Source: a virus (Duplodnaviria; Caudoviricetes). From it: a stretch of DNA of 29,975 bases. The notes beneath the pieces are model-generated. The model worked only from the letters and a program-made list of their open reading frames with translations. It made no database searches and had not been told where the DNA came from. The position numbers and the translations under genes were made by a program. The stretch spans positions 1 through 29,975 of the IMG/VR virus record IMGVR_UViG_3300043765_000088. One strand, written 5' to 3'. Positions 26,571 to 29,975 of this stretch are shown one piece after another. Numbering within the stretch: position 1 is the stretch's first letter; each line of letters opens with the position of its first letter.

Positions 26571-29092
26571 ACTTCTCCGCCTTCGGCTACTCCTTCGGTA
26601 CCTGCCGCTCCCATACTGCCTCGGGATGCTTGCATTCCCATAAGTTGCGCCTCGCGCGCGATTCGGCGAGCCATGCGCGCATCCTCGAAAGCGATCTTTT
26701 GACGTCCCTGATCCGCTGAGATCTGATTTTTAAGGTCAGCTTCATCTTTCATTATCTGCATCTTTATCTGATGCGCCTGAATTTGAGCAATCAATTGTGG
26801 ATCCAATGGCGGTTGTCCTTGTGCCGCTGCCTCATGTTGCGCATAACGAGCGGCAGTTGTTTGCGCTGCTCCTGCTACACCCTGCGGTCCCATTAAAACT
26901 GGTGCACCTCCAGCAACCCGGGCTACACTGCCGTTCCGGCCACCACCAGCGCCAGTTACCGGGCCGCCGGCCACCTGTCCACCAGGCAATTGCCCCTGCT
27001 GAGCACGCTGGGCAAGCAACGCTTGGGCTTGTGAAGCCTGTTCACCTTGCTTGGCAATAGCTGCTTGGGCTTCAGCGATATTGTGATCCAACTGAGTTAA
27101 GAAACCTTCAACCAGATTTAAGCCCTTATTGATCATACGGACTTCCTGGAACCGAGTTGGATCAGCTGTCAGCTGTTGTACGTGCCCAACAATATGGTTA
27201 AGCAGATTGTGCAATTGCGGACTACCCTGCATAGCTGGAATCTGACCTTGCTTAATCCCAGCAATGACGGCGTGTATCGCCATCAAATGGACCATGATAT
27301 GAGTCTTAGGTATATCATCTGGATCCACTGGAACCGATTGGCCAAGCATCAAAACTGCATTCTCCAGTTCTGCATCTTTCTTATCGCGTGGTTGACGTCC
27401 ACCTTGAGAAATTGAAGGTACATACCGATCAGCCTGGGCATATCCAACATATGCTGCTACTCGATCCCTGATCGCATTTCGCCGGCCAATCTCATCAAAC
27501 TGTGGTGCAAGCTGCGCCACCTGATCAAGAGCCAGAAGCCTGGCTGAAGCACTCCCATAACCAACTGCGCGTACCGCACGCACACGCTTTATATGTTCCA
27601 GAGCCTTACTCGGAACCTGGCGCTTTAAACAGCGTTGTCTAAAATCAAAAGCTTCACGTCCACCGGGATCTAATTGAGTTAAAGACGGACTGACTGCGCG
27701 CCTGAAACACTCTGTCAGTACTCGATCCCAGGGAATATAGAAAAGGTTCATCGCGCTAGTTGATAGCGTTGACTCCTTTTGCAATTCCGCCTGTACCTCA
27801 AACTTGGTTTTGCGTTCCCTCCCCGGCGCTTGTTGTGGAGTCGGCATCCGAGGCTGATAGGTACCCGTGTTGTTTTGGATCTGAGAAGACAGATCTTGGA
27901 CGATAGGAAGGATGTTCTGGGAGATATTTTCACGCTTATAATCGACAAATTTAATGTTTGGCGGCACCAGCGTGAAAGGCCCCATGTAGCTAAAGGAGAG
28001 TTCATCGAGCGCCACCGAATCCTCCGGTTGAATAACGGCGCCGGAACTAAAGAACGTAGCGTCGATGACAGCACACCGAAGCTGATTAGAGACTTGGATC
28101 TGGGGGAAGATCTTGTACCCAAGGCCGCGTATCGAATGATAATAACCGTTGCCAATCCCATAAGTAAAGATGTGCAAACAGTTTCGAACTGACTTGAATC
28201 GACCTATGTTTCGATAAAGGAAATCTTGATTCAGTCCATTCTCAAGTGTGAGAAAATGACTAATCGTACCATCAAATTCTTTAACCCAAAAATGCAGTAC
28301 CCAGATCTCCTTGGCTCTGACTCGACCGAAATAGACGTCATTCTGCTTAAGCTCTCGTTCCAATTCTTCCCATTCCCAGCTAGTTGGGGAGGAATTACGA
28401 GACGAAGTAGCCCAGTAAATCGCCTTTTTGGTTTCCTCGATATTCCAACCATTCTCCTTGGCGAAATCCGGATCTTTGATGAACTGATAGAGCTGCGTGG
28501 TCGTGTACCGACGCCGGGCGATAGCATAATCAATATCTTCCTCATTCGCTGGCGTATTACGGGGCAAGATGAAATCACTCAAGCCACAAGTTTTCCAACG
28601 CCAGTCGTGATCGTCCTCGAAATAGACGACGCCCAGGCCATGGACTACAAACTCACGCGCGAGTGCCTGGTTATTGAACTCAAATCGGTGCCATGCTCGC
28701 AGGAGACGGTCAAACTCTTCACTGATTATCTGATTCCATTCACTCCGGGTTTGAGCATCCCCTTCTGCAGTTTCGACATGCGCAATGTAATCAACGCTGG
28801 AGGTGAGATCATTATAGGGTTGAAGAGCAGCTTCGACAATTGCAGCGCCTTCCAACAAATTAAGATTGGTTCGCTGAGCTTGACCCAGGTTGTCCAACTC
28901 CGATTGATCGTAGGGGGGAAAACCGTCAAGCATTTCCTGAACTCTCGCCCGATTATAGGCATTCTCCCGATCAGCTTGCCAGGCGGCAGTCCAGAGCGCC
29001 CAAGCTGCGAAGACGTCAGTTAATCGTGAACCCTTGGGAATTTTCCCTTGATAATCAATATTAGATAACTGATCTTCGGTAAGCTGGTTCAT
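26567..29092 (-). CDS. Portal protein with long Gln/Ala/Gly-rich C-terminal extension
   Basis: 841 aa; FVVHGLGVVYF, GYYHSIRGLG, KTKFEVQ (TATEV-like tunnel loop) motifs and a P22-like helical barrel tail; position upstream of scaffold and capsid. Confidence 0.8.
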   Translation of the reverse strand: MNQLTEDQLSNIDYQGKIPKGSRLTDVFAAWALWTAAWQADRENAYNRARVQEMLDGFPPYDQSELDNLGQAQRTNLNLLEGAAIVEAALQPYNDLTSSVDYIAHVETAEGDAQTRSEWNQIISEEFDRLLRAWHRFEFNNQALAREFVVHGLGVVYFEDDHDWRWKTCGLSDFILPRNTPANEEDIDYAIARRRYTTTQLYQFIKDPDFAKENGWNIEETKKAIYWATSSRNSSPTSWEWEELERELKQNDVYFGRVRAKEIWVLHFWVKEFDGTISHFLTLENGLNQDFLYRNIGRFKSVRNCLHIFTYGIGNGYYHSIRGLGYKIFPQIQVSNQLRCAVIDATFFSSGAVIQPEDSVALDELSFSYMGPFTLVPPNIKFVDYKRENISQNILPIVQDLSSQIQNNTGTYQPRMPTPQQAPGRERKTKFEVQAELQKESTLSTSAMNLFYIPWDRVLTECFRRAVSPSLTQLDPGGREAFDFRQRCLKRQVPSKALEHIKRVRAVRAVGYGSASARLLALDQVAQLAPQFDEIGRRNAIRDRVAAYVGYAQADRYVPSISQGGRQPRDKKDAELENAVLMLGQSVPVDPDDIPKTHIMVHLMAIHAVIAGIKQGQIPAMQGSPQLHNLLNHIVGHVQQLTADPTRFQEVRMINKGLNLVEGFLTQLDHNIAEAQAAIAKQGEQASQAQALLAQRAQQGQLPGGQVAGGPVTGAGGGRNGSVARVAGGAPVLMGPQGVAGAAQTTAARYAQHEAAAQGQPPLDPQLIAQIQAHQIKMQIMKDEADLKNQISADQGRQKIAFEDARMARRIAREAQLMGMQASRGSMGAAGTEGVAEGGEV

Positions 29093-29886
29093 ATGGCCGC
29101 TGGCGCCTCTTCAGTAATTTCTTCTTTTCTAGCAGTTAAAAAGCCGCGCATGATCTGCATAATCGATCCATCCTTACAACCATGATGCACAACCGCATCA
29201 GGCCGTAACCTAGGAGCTGGCAAATGTGCCGGTAATATCCCAGGAGCACGATCACCAACAATTTCACCGGACTTCTTATCCCGTCGAAAATTAAACGAAC
29301 GCCAATCCAGCTGCATATAATTGGTGTTAGCCGCATACTTAACAATTTCCCATTGCCAGTAAACATCCCAAGGCAAACCGGTATGAGGAATGGTTGAGAA
29401 AAGTCGGCTGTAAGCCGGAGTGTTTTTAGGATAGATTCCAGACCCGTTCATATGGGTTCCATCCTGATAGAAAGTACCGTCTTTCCGTTTCCAAAAAGTG
29501 GCATGAACTACGCCCATGAATGGCCGAGCGGCTCGGGTGTATTCCTCTTGCAAGGTATTAGCCCAGCCTGGCTTGATTGGCGTATTGTCCGGCTCGAACA
29601 TGTACCAGCAGGGACAATCCACGCTCCTGGAAATATAATCCGCAATCATATGAAACATGATATTGGATCCTTGTGGCCAGCCATCCGCGCAATTCGGAGT
29701 CAGGGTTAGAACCCGGCCAAACTGGTCACCAATTAATTTTTCAAGCTCTTCTAGATGATCTTTAATGTCTGGTCGACAGACCAGCATAAGCTCATGCTGC
29801 TTGTAGGGACCGAGATGTTGCAGGTATTTGGCTAGAGAAACCGCCAATTTGTAATCAAGCTTGCAGAACGGCAAAACGATTAGCAT
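29089..29886 (-). CDS. Glycosyltransferase-like (GT-A fold) protein
   Basis: Starts with a beta strand (LIVLPF); WYMFEPDNTP (DxD-like EPD), GW...L..EY, FMG, HMNGSGIYP, PWDVY, VVHHGCKDGS; clear RBS TAAGGAG. Confidence 0.5.
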   Translation of the reverse strand: MLIVLPFCKLDYKLAVSLAKYLQHLGPYKQHELMLVCRPDIKDHLEELEKLIGDQFGRVLTLTPNCADGWPQGSNIMFHMIADYISRSVDCPCWYMFEPDNTPIKPGWANTLQEEYTRAARPFMGVVHATFWKRKDGTFYQDGTHMNGSGIYPKNTPAYSRLFSTIPHTGLPWDVYWQWEIVKYAANTNYMQLDWRSFNFRRDKKSGEIVGDRAPGILPAHLPAPRLRPDAVVHHGCKDGSIMQIMRGFLTARKEEITEEAPAAI

Positions 29887-29893
29887 CGGTAAG

Positions 29894-29900
29894 CTCCTTA
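29894..29900 (-). promoter_or_regulatory. Shine-Dalgarno site
   Basis: TAAGGAG 7 nt upstream of the ATG at 29886. Confidence 0.8.
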
Positions 29901-29903
29901 TTA

Positions 29904-29975
29904 TCAGCGAAATCGACCGGAAGCAAGGTCATTACCATATCTGAGTCGCGGTGCCGTAATCCGGGCAAACCGCTG
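29904..29975 (-). CDS. 3' end of an upstream gene (possibly terminase large subunit, by position only)
   Basis: Open frame QRFARITAPRLRYGNDLASGRFR ending in TGA TAA just before the RBS; too short to identify. Confidence 0.35.
   Translation of the reverse strand, partial: QRFARITAPRLRYGNDLASGRFR

Noticed and set aside
28226-29023. 265-aa plus-strand ORF, and the other plus-strand ORFs in the track
   Set aside because: All lie antisense to well-supported, tightly coupled minus-strand genes, mostly have non-ATG starts and show no motifs; collagen-like antisense products mirror the Gly-X-Y codons.

Overview
The window is one uninterrupted, minus-strand virion morphogenesis region of a tailed dsDNA phage or prophage. 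It is probably short-tailed (podovirus-like): there is no tape-measure or sheath gene here, and there is a P22/T7-like portal-scaffold-capsid set followed by adaptor, nozzle and ejection-type genes. Read from the right end, the order is: 3' end of an upstream gene, glycosyltransferase-like gene, portal, small gene, scaffold, three collagen/fibre genes, small gene, structured non-coding leader, major capsid protein, hairpin, three small genes, two fibre genes, nozzle-like gene, GTA-type TIM-barrel protein, two paralogous collar-domain genes, internally duplicated adaptor-like gene, three more fibre genes, small gene, sulfotransferase-like gene, and the start of an ejection protein. About half of the window encodes ten modular fibre/adhesin proteins. 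The main unusual signals are: (1) a split-domain pattern in which every fibre gene carrying a truncated ~80-aa repeat module is immediately followed by a gene whose N-terminus supplies the missing segment (3 of 3 cases), suggesting daisy-chained or branched fibres; (2) a perfect chromosomal-type parS palindrome in the scaffold/fibre spacer; (3) a structured leader pairing over the capsid ribosome-binding region; (4) a tandem-duplicated adaptor; (5) an apparently catalytically dead, stand-alone GTA TIM barrel. All product calls come from motif recognition and gene context by eye; no database search was run.
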